A stretch of 64,000 nt of DNA from an uncultured Rhodospirillales bacterium (GTDB lineage: Bacteria; Pseudomonadota; Alphaproteobacteria; RF32; CAG-239): NCBI GenBank assembly GCA_902761715.1, contig CACWLK010000008.1:8307-72306 (forward strand), written 5' to 3'. Every line of letters starts with the position of its first letter. Position 1 is the first letter of the stretch. This document shows, in pieces, positions 54,130 through 63,909 of the stretch. The notes under the pieces were generated by a model that saw only the letters and a list, made by a program, of their open reading frames with translations, was not told the DNA's origin and ran no database searches. The position numbers and the translations under genes were made by a program.

Positions 54130-55191
54130 CTAGCCATTGATGACTGATGCAAATGCCTGAGCCTGCGTGAGCGGAGTTTCGCCTCTGCGGAGCATGTCTC
54201 TGACATAGCGATGAGTCATTTCGTTGGCATCAACAGTCAAATTCCATCCGTCTTCGCTACAAACAGGAATGAGCTTGGTCCAGTTGATGCCAAGTGCACG
54301 AGCCTCAGATATCAGGTTCATCTGTTCACCAGTGAATATAACATCCGCATTGTTGTTAGCGGCAACGTAAAGTGCCATGTAGTATCCACTAGCGTTAGCG
54401 TTGTTGACCTTTATGTGCCCCTCCCCCATTTCATCCATGATAATGAAGGTCGGACCTTGCTCGGTTGTGGCCAACACCAGAACGGTTTGTTTTGGGATTC
54501 GTCTACACCGTAACACGTCAATTGCGGCGTTCTGCGGACCGAAGTCATTGCTTTTGTCACTGCAAGTGCAAGAACGTAAGCTATGAAAAACCACATAGAT
54601 ATCTCGTCCTGCGGCTTTTGTCATAGCGAGATCAGCTGTGGTGAGAAACTGTTCTACGGTGTTTTCTTTCCAGTGGTCGGGATTGCTTTCAGTAGGATCA
54701 GCAACACGACCGCCAAAGAAGAAATAAAGCGCCGGAAAACAGCCGAGGATCGCATTACATACTGCAGTAATGTTGTTCTGGGCAAAATCAGCGGCATAAT
54801 TGCGCATGACTTCAACATCGGGAGCGGCGACAAGATCAGCCGGAAGCAAAACTACGTTGCTGACCACTCCGGCAATACGATACTTGTCGAGAACCCATTG
54901 TGGTGCGATGATGGTCAAACGGGAACAGCGGAGATCTTGCAAATTTTCGTATCCGTAACGATCCGTTGCAAGAACCATCGGGTTGCCGGCACCGTACTTT
55001 TTGAGAAGATCAAACCCCATTCTTCCTGCGGAAACCAGGGTTATATCTTCGTCAAAAGTGCCAAAACCCATGTCCATTGCGTCGATAATCGTCGAGTTTG
55101 GAGCCATTGACGCAAGAGCCTTAACAGAGGTGCTACAACCTTTGTTCGTGGATTCATTTGTTAAAAAAACATACTTTGCCATTTTTGTCAT
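54130..55191 (-). CDS. hypothetical protein (353 aa)
   Basis: Long ORF with no motif I recognise. A 100-nt sample is ~53% G+C, versus ~37% and ~50% in 100-nt samples of neighbouring pheT and gyrA. Confidence 0.55.
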   Translation of the reverse strand: MTKMAKYVFLTNESTNKGCSTSVKALASMAPNSTIIDAMDMGFGTFDEDITLVSAGRMGFDLLKKYGAGNPMVLATDRYGYENLQDLRCSRLTIIAPQWVLDKYRIAGVVSNVVLLPADLVAAPDVEVMRNYAADFAQNNITAVCNAILGCFPALYFFFGGRVADPTESNPDHWKENTVEQFLTTADLAMTKAAGRDIYVVFHSLRSCTCSDKSNDFGPQNAAIDVLRCRRIPKQTVLVLATTEQGPTFIIMDEMGEGHIKVNNANASGYYMALYVAANNNADVIFTGEQMNLISEARALGINWTKLIPVCSEDGWNLTVDANEMTHRYVRDMLRRGETPLTQAQAFASVING

Positions 55192-55312
55192 TTTAAAATA
55201 ATAAAAAAATAATTATTTAACACGGGGCATGTTATAACACATATTTAAAAATATAACAACTAAAAACCGCCCTCAAAGGAGAGCGGTTTGGGTTGTCCGG
55301 TGATTTGGGAAA

Positions 55313-57700
55313 TTACTGTCTTAAGACAGCATCAGTTTTTTTGCCGACTTCTAAAATCACTTTTTTCATCAGACCATCTAACTCTTGGTCGGTAAAGCTC
55401 TTTTCCTTAGGTTGGAAAGTTACCGACAGAGCAATTGATTTTTTGTTCTCCGGCAAATTTCCGCCTTCAAAAACATCAAAAATGCGAACTTCGGAAATAT
55501 ATTCACGATCAGCATTTTTAGCAGCGGCAAGAATATTGGCAGCGGCAACATCTTTGTTGACAACAAAGGCCAAGTCTTTATCAACTGCCTGCAGAGAATA
55601 AAGTTCCAACTTCTTTTTAGATTTGTTGGCGTTGATACGCGGCAACGGAATGTTGTCTAAAAAGACCTCAAAAGCAACTACCCTACCCTTGATATCATAG
55701 GCTTTTAAGACCATCGGATGAATCTCACCAAAATAAGCAATCACATTTTTGCCTAAGCGCAGAGTTCCACTACGTCCGGGGTGATAATATTCCGGCGCAT
55801 CGGTGGTGATTTGGGCACTATCCCAAGGGCCGTTAGCGGCGGCAATAGCGGCAATTGCATCAGCCTTGGCATCAAACACGTCATAAGCACGCTCGTCTTT
55901 AAGCCAATGTTTTTTAGAGGTCATACCGCAACGAATACCGGCGGCAACGGTTCCCTGCTCGGTCGGACGGCAGCCATAAAACTCAGGACCGACTTCAAAC
56001 AATGCCATATTGTTATCGCCGCGGGCAATGTTGTTGTGTGCAGCAAGCAATAAATTGGGCAAAATCGACGGGCGCATTTCATCAAGCTCGGCAACAATCG
56101 GGTTCATTAATTTGACCGGATTTTTGCCTTTGCGGAACGGTTGGCACAATTTTGAATCGGTAAAGCTCCAAGTTACGGTTTCATACATACCGCGAGAGGC
56201 TAATTCGTGTTTTGTAACCACAACCCGCTGTTGTTTTGCACTCAATGTCTGTTTTGGAAATTCGTCACTCGGCATTGAAGTCGCCGGAATGTTATCTAAA
56301 CCAACCATGCGGACAATTTCTTCAACCAAATCGGCTTCAAATTCAATATCACCGCGCCATGTCGGACAAATTGCTTCAACAGAATTACCGTGGTCGGTAA
56401 GTTTGAAACCTAATGCGGTCAAAATACGAATTATTTCTTCCTTTGATACGTCTATGCCGGCTAATGTCTTAACACGTTCATAGCGCAGAGTTACAGGTTG
56501 AGCGCAATAATTTTCTTCACCGCAAATCACAATCTCGGAAGCCTCACCACCGCAAATGTCCAAAATCAGCGATGTTGCATAGTCTGATCCCATAACGTTG
56601 GAGTTAGGATCTACCCAACGTTCGTAACGATAACGAGAATCCGAATCAATTTGGAAATGGCGACCGGTGCGGGCAATGCACTCAGGTTTGAATGCAGCAC
56701 TTTCAAGCAAAACATTGGTGGTATCAGCCGAGCAACCTTTAGCCAATCCGCCCATTACACCACCAAGGCACTGAACACCTTCATCATCGCAAATGCCCAA
56801 ACTTTTGCTGTCGAGCTTATATTCTTTTTCTTCCAAAGAAGTAAATGGTTCTCCCTCTTTAGCCATGCGGATTACAAGATCGCCTTTCAATTTGTCGGCA
56901 TCAAAAACGTGCAACGGACGAGCTAAATCATAGTTGAGATAGTTGGTTACATCAACCAACGGTGAAATAGGACGCAGGCCGATTGCAGACAGACGAGCTT
57001 TCATCCATTTAGGGGTTTCGGCATGATTGTTTACGCCTTTAATGTAACGACCGGTATAAACAGGGCAAGCCTCAGGGGCTTCTACTCTGATATTAATCGG
57101 GCATTTGAAAGAGGCATTTGTTTTTTTGATTTCAAGCGGTTTTAATGTACCAAGACCGGAAGCGGCCAAATCACGAGCAACACCACGGACACCCAAACAT
57201 TCAGCACGGTTCGGCGTTATAGAAATTTCAATAACCGGATCAATATTTAAGACCTCGGCGGCAGGAATGCTGATTGGGGTGTCGGCAGGAAGTTCGATGA
57301 TACCGTTATGATCTTCGCCAATGCAGAGTTCTTTTTCTGAGCAAAGCATACCAAAACTCTCTACACCACGAATTTTGCCAACGGTAAGTTTTTCGTTATA
57401 GCAAGGGATTATTACGCCGACGGGAGCAAAAATTCCGATTGTGCCTAGTTTGACATTAGGTGCGCCACAGACAACCTGCAAAACCTCTTTACCGTTATTA
57501 ACGCTCAAAAGGTGAAGGTGGTCTGAATCCGGGTGCATTTCGCATTTTTCAACCTTTGCAGTAATAAATCCCTTGAGAGCAGCGGCAGGGTTGAAAACTT
57601 CTTCAACTTCCAAACCAATTGAGGTCAGACGTTCGGCAATTTCATCTACCGTTGCAGTTGTATCTAAGTGCTCTTTTAACCAAGATAATGTAAATTTCAT
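55313..57700 (-). CDS. pheT: phenylalanine--tRNA ligase beta subunit
   Basis: MKFTLSWLKEHLDT... canonical N-terminus. tRNA-binding, B3/4, B5 and FDX-ACB order. Overlaps the pheS stop. Confidence 0.95.
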   Translation of the reverse strand: MKFTLSWLKEHLDTTATVDEIAERLTSIGLEVEEVFNPAAALKGFITAKVEKCEMHPDSDHLHLLSVNNGKEVLQVVCGAPNVKLGTIGIFAPVGVIIPCYNEKLTVGKIRGVESFGMLCSEKELCIGEDHNGIIELPADTPISIPAAEVLNIDPVIEISITPNRAECLGVRGVARDLAASGLGTLKPLEIKKTNASFKCPINIRVEAPEACPVYTGRYIKGVNNHAETPKWMKARLSAIGLRPISPLVDVTNYLNYDLARPLHVFDADKLKGDLVIRMAKEGEPFTSLEEKEYKLDSKSLGICDDEGVQCLGGVMGGLAKGCSADTTNVLLESAAFKPECIARTGRHFQIDSDSRYRYERWVDPNSNVMGSDYATSLILDICGGEASEIVICGEENYCAQPVTLRYERVKTLAGIDVSKEEIIRILTALGFKLTDHGNSVEAICPTWRGDIEFEADLVEEIVRMVGLDNIPATSMPSDEFPKQTLSAKQQRVVVTKHELASRGMYETVTWSFTDSKLCQPFRKGKNPVKLMNPIVAELDEMRPSILPNLLLAAHNNIARGDNNMALFEVGPEFYGCRPTEQGTVAAGIRCGMTSKKHWLKDERAYDVFDAKADAIAAIAAANGPWDSAQITTDAPEYYHPGRSGTLRLGKNVIAYFGEIHPMVLKAYDIKGRVVAFEVFLDNIPLPRINANKSKKKLELYSLQAVDKDLAFVVNKDVAAANILAAAKNADREYISEVRIFDVFEGGNLPENKKSIALSVTFQPKEKSFTDQELDGLMKKVILEVGKKTDAVLRQ

Positions 57701-58803
57701 CGTGCAAGTCCTCCGTTATTGCTCAAGCCACCGGTCATCGAAGACGTATCAAGCGGAACAAAGCCGTAGTGTTTCAACCAACGCAAATCAGATTCAAAGA
57801 ATGTGCGCAAGTCGGGAATTCCATATTTTAACATGGCAAGGCGGTCAATACCCATGCCAAAGGCAAAACCTTGGTATTCATCGGGATCAATGCCACCGGC
57901 ACGCAGTACATTGGGATGGACCATACCGCAACCCAAAATCTCGAGCCAATCATCGCCCTCACCGATTTTAAGTTCTTCTTTGCCTTTGCGACAGCCGATA
58001 TCCATCTCGGCACTGGGCTCGGTGAACGGAAAATATGACGGACGGTAACGAACTTTAATGTCGTCAATTTCAAAAAAAGCTTTAACAAAGTCGTACAGAC
58101 AGCCTTTGAGGTGCGCCATAGTGGTGGTCTTGTCAATCACTAAACCCTCGACTTGATGGAACATCGGGGTGTGGGTTGCGTCAAAGTCACTACGATAAGT
58201 ACGACCAGGAGCAATAATGCGGATCGGCGGCTTTTTGGCCTCCATGGTACGAATTTGAATGCCTGATGTGTGGGTGCGGACAACAAAGCTGTCATCAAAA
58301 TCGGCACTGTCAGGATTGGCAATGTAAAATGTGTCCTGCATTTGACGAGCCGGATGGTTGGCCGGCATATTCAAGGCATTAAAATTATGGAATTGATCTT
58401 CAACATCAGGTCCTTCGGCAACTTCAAAGCCCATTTGACCAAAGATGGCAACAACTTCTTCATAAATTTTTGAAACAGGATGAATACGCCCCTGTGTTTC
58501 AGGACGTATCGGCAGGGTTACGTCAATGCGCTCACCGGCAAGCTTTTTGTTGAGCTCGGCAGTTTCAAGCTCATGCTTTTTGCTGTCGATAGCTGTTTCG
58601 ATTGTGTTTTTCAATATGTTCAAGGCTTTTCCGGCAGCGATTTTTTCTTCTTGCGGTAGGGTTCCGAGAGATTTCATCTTTTCGGTGAGAGAGCCTTTTT
58701 TGCCCAAAACGGATACTCTGACCTCATCTAGGGCGCGCAAATCTGCCGCATTATTAATACTCTGCAGCACATTTGCTTCTAATTCTTTTAAGTCTTCCAT
58801 CAA
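57697..58803 (-). CDS. pheS: phenylalanine--tRNA ligase alpha subunit
   Basis: Class II motifs: ...HPARQMQDTFY..., ...RTHTSGIQIR..., ...FRPSYFPFTEPSAE..., ...GFAFGMGIDRLAML... Confidence 0.95.
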   Translation of the reverse strand: MMEDLKELEANVLQSINNAADLRALDEVRVSVLGKKGSLTEKMKSLGTLPQEEKIAAGKALNILKNTIETAIDSKKHELETAELNKKLAGERIDVTLPIRPETQGRIHPVSKIYEEVVAIFGQMGFEVAEGPDVEDQFHNFNALNMPANHPARQMQDTFYIANPDSADFDDSFVVRTHTSGIQIRTMEAKKPPIRIIAPGRTYRSDFDATHTPMFHQVEGLVIDKTTTMAHLKGCLYDFVKAFFEIDDIKVRYRPSYFPFTEPSAEMDIGCRKGKEELKIGEGDDWLEILGCGMVHPNVLRAGGIDPDEYQGFAFGMGIDRLAMLKYGIPDLRTFFESDLRWLKHYGFVPLDTSSMTGGLSNNGGLAR

Positions 58804-58883
58804 TTTTCCTTATTCTTAAAAAATAAAAAAGAGTCTGGCCTGATTGCTCAAGCAGACTCTTCTTTCGCATTTATTAAAATTGC

Positions 58884-59240
58884 TTATTTTAAAGCGTCCT
58901 TAGCTTGCGCAACTAACTTGGCAAACGCCTCGGGCTCTTTTAATGCGATATCGGCCAAAACTTTACGATCAAGCTCAATACCTGCTTTGTTGAGCCCGTT
59001 CATAAATCGAGAATATGTCATATCGTTAAGTCTGGTCGCAGCACTGATACGTTGAATCCAGAGCATACGGAAATTTCTTTTCTTTGCGCGTCTGTCACGG
59101 TATGCATATTGCAAACCTTTTTCAACTTTTTCGATTGCTACTCTAAATACGTTTTTGGAACGACCGCGGTAACCTTTCGCCATTTCAAAGATTTTTTTAT
59201 GACGAGCACGAGCCGTTACACCTCTTTTTACACGAGACAT
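58884..59240 (-). CDS. rplT: 50S ribosomal protein L20
   Basis: [17 protein letters not shown]...GYRGR... Confidence 0.95.
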   Translation of the reverse strand: MSRVKRGVTARARHKKIFEMAKGYRGRSKNVFRVAIEKVEKGLQYAYRDRRAKKRNFRMLWIQRISAATRLNDMTYSRFMNGLNKAGIELDRKVLADIALKEPEAFAKLVAQAKDALK

Positions 59241-59252
59241 CTAACTATCCTC

Positions 59253-59450
59253 CTACAAATATGGCAAAAATTGTTTAACAATCTGAACATCGCTGGTATC
59301 AACCAAAGTTGTACCGCGAGCCTGTCTTTTCATTTTTTGAGTTTTGCAGAAGAGGCAGTGTCTCTTTTTGGCAAAATTTCTTTTTAATTTGCCGGTTCCG
59401 GTAACGCTAAAGCGTTTTTTAACCGAACTTCTTGTTTTCATTTTTGGCAT
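59253..59450 (-). CDS. rpmI: 50S ribosomal protein L35
   Basis: MPKMKTRSSVKKRFSVTGTGKLKR... Start moved to ATG 59450 (GGGAAG upstream). Confidence 0.9.
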   Translation of the reverse strand: MPKMKTRSSVKKRFSVTGTGKLKRNFAKKRHCLFCKTQKMKRQARGTTLVDTSDVQIVKQFLPYL

Positions 59451-59536
59451 TTTGCTTCCCTTTCTATAAATTTTTGGATGCGAACAAACGGCAACAGGCA
59501 TGCCTTTTAGCCCGTTTACCGAGATTAACGTTGTGG

Positions 59537-59565
59537 GTTATACAGCAGATTTTATGTAATGTCAA
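59537..59565 (-). promoter_or_regulatory. sigma70-type promoter of the rpmI-rplT-pheST operon
   Basis: Minus strand reads TTGACA, 17 nt, TATAAC, ~85 nt upstream of the rpmI ATG. Confidence 0.5.
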
Positions 59566-59799
59566 TCGGTAATTTTAATATTTGTATCTATTTGTATATT
59601 AAGATTTTTGCTTGACTTTAGCGCATTTAATAAATAACGTAAAAGTGCGTCGAATGATTATCGACGTGAGGTTTGAAACCCTCTTCTGGTTGTTCGAATA
59701 TTGAACGTAAAACTACCTTTTTGCTGTGGCAGGAAGGTAATTAATAAGATATTTATATCAAATACACTACACTATTCCAGAAATAGGTTTCAACTTCCT

Positions 59800-59826
59800 G
59801 CTACCTCTAATCAAGGTAGCTTTTTT
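59800..59826 (+). terminator. intrinsic terminator/attenuator 18 nt upstream of the GT2 gene start
   Basis: GCTACCT-CTAATCA-AGGTAGC followed by TTTTTT on the plus strand. Confidence 0.55.
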
Positions 59827-59844
59827 GTTAACCTTTTTTGGAGA

Positions 59845-60825
59845 ATGTGTGTGATAGATAATGTTTGTGATATCAGTATTATTGTTCCTGTTTACAATAC
59901 TGAAAATTTTTTAGAAAAATGTTTAAATAGCCTTATTGACCAAACTTTTACCAACTGGCAAGCAATATGCATAAATGATGGAAGTAGCGACAGTTCTCTA
60001 AAAATTTTGCAACATTATGCTCAAAAAGACAAACGATTTGTGATTATAAACCAAGAAAACAAGGGGGTATCGACAGCAAGAAACGTCGGATTAAAAGCTG
60101 CAACTGGAAAATATATTATGTATCTGGACAGCGACGATATAATACACCCTAAGTGCATGGAAATTGCATTAAAAACTATTACTGATACTCAGACTGACGT
60201 GTGCGACTTTGGTTTTGTAAGAGTGAAAGAAAAGCAAAATATATCTCATGTGCAATATGATAATGCGGAAAATATTGAAATTCTCGAATCACCGTTAAAA
60301 AATTTTGCACTAAAGGACGATAAGTCTGCCTTAATGCTTTGCAAAAAAATGTATAAAGCGGAAATTGCCAAAAGTGCCGTCTTTGCGCCGATTGCCATAG
60401 GGGAAGATATATTATATTCATTTGATGTCTTCAGAAAAGTTAAGAATTATACCAAAATATCAAACAACTTGATGTATTATGTACAAAGACAATCATCAGT
60501 CATGCATGATCCAAATAAAATAAGACTTTATCAAAACAAACTCGTGTTTACTGATTTATTGTATGATAAAATTTGTCATTTTTGCAAACAAGGACAGTTG
60601 TCGGCAGAAGCGTGCGAACTGTGGCATCGATATATTTGTAACAAACTGTTTCGATATTATGTTATTAAACCGTATCAACTAAAATTTTCCCAAGAAAGTA
60701 TTATGGAAAATGTAAAAAAATTAAAAACAAAAAACTTTAACAGGAAAGCTTTGAAATTGAGATATAGAATTATCTTATACCTGATGGAGTACGGATGTTG
60801 GCCCATTTTGCGAATTTTTGCATAA
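59845..60825 (+). CDS. family 2 glycosyltransferase
   Basis: ISIIVPVYNTENFLEKCLNSL..Q....W..I.INDGS.D.S, then YIMYLDSDD (DXD). Start moved to ATG 59845 (GGAGA upstream). Confidence 0.8.
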   Translation: MCVIDNVCDISIIVPVYNTENFLEKCLNSLIDQTFTNWQAICINDGSSDSSLKILQHYAQKDKRFVIINQENKGVSTARNVGLKAATGKYIMYLDSDDIIHPKCMEIALKTITDTQTDVCDFGFVRVKEKQNISHVQYDNAENIEILESPLKNFALKDDKSALMLCKKMYKAEIAKSAVFAPIAIGEDILYSFDVFRKVKNYTKISNNLMYYVQRQSSVMHDPNKIRLYQNKLVFTDLLYDKICHFCKQGQLSAEACELWHRYICNKLFRYYVIKPYQLKFSQESIMENVKKLKTKNFNRKALKLRYRIILYLMEYGCWPILRIFA

Positions 60826-60913
60826 TTGAAGTTTATGTGTAATAAAATGATATAAGCCTTGCACAAGTTGGGGGTATAGGGTATATCTTTCAGGTAATTA
60901 AGGAGTATTTCGT

Positions 60914-62158
60914 ATGTTTAATAGGTTTGAGCGCATGGTGGCGCGCCGCTATCTTAAAGCCAAGCGTAAAGAAGGTTTTATTTCGGTTATTACCGGTTTT
61001 GCTTTTACGGGAATCGCATTGGGCGTTGCAACGCTGATTATTGTTATGTCGGTGATGAATGGTTTCAGGAGCGAACTGTTAGGCAGAATTTTGGGGATTA
61101 ACGGACATATCGGGATTGTATCAAATAACTCAATGCCTTTTACAAACTATAAGCAGGCAATAAAAGACATTAATGCTCTTGATAATGTTGAGATAGCTAT
61201 CCCTTTGATTGAAAAACAACTTTTGGTATCGTCGGGACGAGCTGCCGAAGGTGCTATGGTTAGAGGTATCAGGCGTGAAGATATTGAGCTGAAAAAGACC
61301 ATTCGCAACGGTATGCTTGACATTAATCTTGATGAGTTTGAAGGCGATAATGTACTGGTCGGCTATCGATTGGCGCAAAAGATGGGATTGATGACCGGCG
61401 ATGAAATCACGCTTATTTCACCTAACGGCAAAGTTACAGCTTTCGGAACCGTACCACGGATGAAATCTTACAGAATTGCCGGATTGTTTGAGCTCGGTAT
61501 GTATGAATATGATGCCAACTTTATTTTTATGCCGCTTGATACCGCTCAGACCTATTTTGGTACCGGTGATGGAGTTACAAATATTGATGTAACACTTAAA
61601 CACCCTGATTTGCTCTATCAAACACGAGAAGTAATCCGTAACGGTATAGGTAACGAAGCATATATTTTTGACTGGAAACAATCAAATGCAGCATTTTTTA
61701 ATGCAATAGATGTTGAACGCAATGTTATGTTCCTGATTTTGACGCTGATTATTTTGGTGGCGGCGTTTAATATCATTACCGGACTGATTATGCTGGTGAA
61801 AGACAAGGGGCGAGATATTGCAGTTTTGCGCACAATGGGCGCGACAAAGGGCATGATTATGCGCATATTCTTTATGGACGGCGCTTTTATCGGTGTGGTC
61901 GGAACCACAATCGGTGTTGTTCTCGGTGTGTTGTTCTGCAACAATATTGAAAGTATCAGACAATTTTTACAGAATATCTCGGGAAAAGAACTGTTTTCGG
62001 CAGAAATTTACTTTTTATCACGTCTGCCGGCAGAAGTTAACGTTACCGAGGTGGTGATGGTGGTACTGATATCTTTGTTGCTGTCGTTTATGGCAACAAT
62101 TTATCCGGCTTACAGAGCCGCAAAAATGGATCCGGTGGAGGCTTTGCGCTATGAATAA
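60914..62158 (+). CDS. lolC: lipoprotein-releasing ABC transporter permease LolC/LolE family
   Basis: MFNRFERMVARRYLKAKRKEGFISVIT... canonical N-terminus, MacB-type periplasmic domain and a C-terminal FtsX region. Overlaps lolD. Confidence 0.85.
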   Translation: MFNRFERMVARRYLKAKRKEGFISVITGFAFTGIALGVATLIIVMSVMNGFRSELLGRILGINGHIGIVSNNSMPFTNYKQAIKDINALDNVEIAIPLIEKQLLVSSGRAAEGAMVRGIRREDIELKKTIRNGMLDINLDEFEGDNVLVGYRLAQKMGLMTGDEITLISPNGKVTAFGTVPRMKSYRIAGLFELGMYEYDANFIFMPLDTAQTYFGTGDGVTNIDVTLKHPDLLYQTREVIRNGIGNEAYIFDWKQSNAAFFNAIDVERNVMFLILTLIILVAAFNIITGLIMLVKDKGRDIAVLRTMGATKGMIMRIFFMDGAFIGVVGTTIGVVLGVLFCNNIESIRQFLQNISGKELFSAEIYFLSRLPAEVNVTEVVMVVLISLLLSFMATIYPAYRAAKMDPVEALRYE

Positions 62159-62864
62159 TATTTTGAGCTTGAGAAACGTCTGTAAGTCATTTAATCAAGG
62201 GGCGCAAAAATTGGAAGTTTTGCGCGGAGTAAATTTTGATATAAATGAAGGGGAAGTTGTAGCATTAATCGGTCCTTCGGGGTCGGGAAAATCTACCCTG
62301 CTCCAAATTGCCGGACTGTTGGAAGTGCCGACCAGCGGTAGCATTTTGTTGAATGGTCAGGACTGCTCAAAGCAAAGTGATGTTATCAGAACATCGCTGC
62401 GCCGGGATTTTTTGGGTTTTGTGTATCAGTATCACAACCTGTTGCCGGACTTTAATGCTCTTGAAAACGTAATGATTCCGCAGCTGATTGCCGGCAAAAA
62501 TCCCAAAGATGCCAAAGAAAAAGCTGAGTGGCTCTTAAATAAGATGAAGCTGGACAATCGTCTTACTCATCGTCCGGCGGAACTTTCCGGCGGAGAACAA
62601 CAGCGTGTGGCGATTGCACGTGCATTGGCAAACACCCCGAAAATGCTGCTCGCCGACGAGCCGACCGGAAACCTTGATCCAAAAACAGCAGACATTGTTT
62701 TTGAAGCATTAATGAATATTATTAAAGAAACCGGTTTGGCTGCACTGATTGCTACGCATAATATGGAACTGGCAAAAGCCATGGACAAACAGGTCGGACT
62801 GGAAGAAGGACGTTTGGTCGAATTAGGGATTTCTTCCATTATCGGAAACAACAGTTTTTATTAG
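62151..62864 (+). CDS. lolD: lipoprotein-releasing ABC transporter ATPase
   Basis: [37 protein letters not shown]. Confidence 0.9.
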   Translation: MNNILSLRNVCKSFNQGAQKLEVLRGVNFDINEGEVVALIGPSGSGKSTLLQIAGLLEVPTSGSILLNGQDCSKQSDVIRTSLRRDFLGFVYQYHNLLPDFNALENVMIPQLIAGKNPKDAKEKAEWLLNKMKLDNRLTHRPAELSGGEQQRVAIARALANTPKMLLADEPTGNLDPKTADIVFEALMNIIKETGLAALIATHNMELAKAMDKQVGLEEGRLVELGISSIIGNNSFY

Positions 62865-62873
62865 GAGAAAATT

Positions 62874-63242
62874 ATGAAAAAATTGTGGTTATGCGGAACA
62901 GCGGCTATCTTGGCAACTTGTAATGCAGAGGCAAAGTTTAATCCTCCGGCAAATTATATTACAAACTCACAAAAAATTGCTATGTATCAGATGAATATGT
63001 ATGATGCTGACCATGACGGAAAATTGTCGCCGGAAGAGTTTGCCAATAAATCTCAGGTGGCAGAAACCAGAGAAACCAGAAGACAAATCAGACAAGCTAA
63101 AAAAGCCGGCATTTATCAAGTCCCTGATGAGCAGTTCAAGACCATTGATGCTAACGAAGACGGATATATTACTTTGCCGGAACTTAATAACTATATTTCC
63201 GAGCAAACGAAGAAAACTAAAGGCAAAGTTAAGTACTATTAG
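62874..63242 (+). CDS. secreted EF-hand calcium-binding protein
   Basis: Signal peptide plus two EF-hand loops, DADHDGKLSPEE and DANEDGYITLPE. Confidence 0.65.
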   Translation: MKKLWLCGTAAILATCNAEAKFNPPANYITNSQKIAMYQMNMYDADHDGKLSPEEFANKSQVAETRETRRQIRQAKKAGIYQVPDEQFKTIDANEDGYITLPELNNYISEQTKKTKGKVKYY

Positions 63243-63251
63243 ATGAATGAT

Positions 63252-63292
63252 TATAACAAAAAACCGCTCTTTTTACAGAGCGGTTTTTGTTG
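63252..63292. repeat. terminator hairpin, copy A of a perfect 41-bp direct repeat
   Basis: TATAACAAAAAACCGCTCTTTTTACAGAGCGGTTTTTGTTG, identical at 63910-63950. Confidence 0.9.
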
Positions 63293-63298
63293 CAACGA

Positions 63299-63784
63299 TT
63301 AAGAATTTTGCCGATTTTGGGAAATCATGTGTTTTAATTTCGCAAATTTTTTTGCTTCTTCATATGCAAGAGCTTTTTTCTTTTTATCGTCAGAAATGGT
63401 AGCTACAGAATTTTGCATATTGTCATCATCAGTCTTGTTGTCTTTTGAAGCAGAAGAAGTCTGTTCCTTTTTTGAAATTTTTGCATCCTCAGCAGCTTCT
63501 ATGCTCTTTTTTATTTGATGTTCTTTTTTAAATTCCCTAATTTGTTTATTATACTCTTCGCGCGACAAATAAGTAGCACCTGGATCACGAATATAAAGTT
63601 CTGTTGTATCAAGTTTATGCGTATTTGCATATTCTTTAAGTTCTTCTTCATTAAGACTGCTTAGCCCCGAGTTTTCTTTATTATCACAAGAACCTGCGGT
63701 GGCGCCAAGTCCAAACAAAGCTGTACCGACAGCAACCTTTTTAAGCAATTTCTTGGCTTTTTCTATTCTTTCTTTTATACTCAT
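63299..63784 (-). CDS. Lys/Glu-rich lipoprotein (161 aa) inside the repeat-bracketed cassette
   Basis: Start ATG 63784 (GGGAGA upstream). Signal peptide ending in ...TAGSC. Confidence 0.55.
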   Translation of the reverse strand: MSIKERIEKAKKLLKKVAVGTALFGLGATAGSCDNKENSGLSSLNEEELKEYANTHKLDTTELYIRDPGATYLSREEYNKQIREFKKEHQIKKSIEAAEDAKISKKEQTSSASKDNKTDDDNMQNSVATISDDKKKKALAYEEAKKFAKLKHMISQNRQNS

Positions 63785-63909
63785 GGCTGTTCTCCCTGAA
63801 TGTGATGAAAGCATGAATTGGTTAAATTTTCGTCAACATTTTTTAAACACTTTAATATTCATAGTATTAAGTTTAGCACAAAAAAGATATTTTGTCTAAT
63901 ATTTTCGAG

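Noticed and set aside
53076-55191. The idea that the GC-richer segments prove recent horizontal transfer.
   Set aside because: My GC estimates come from hand counts of ~100-nt samples, and host genes such as gyrA also reach ~50% locally. It is reported only as something to compute, not as a conclusion.
59701-59844. The N-terminal 48-codon extension of the GT2 ORF in the six-frame track.
   Set aside because: The extension runs through a terminator hairpin and has no RBS. The conserved GT2 N-terminus and a GGAGA SD fit ATG 59845.
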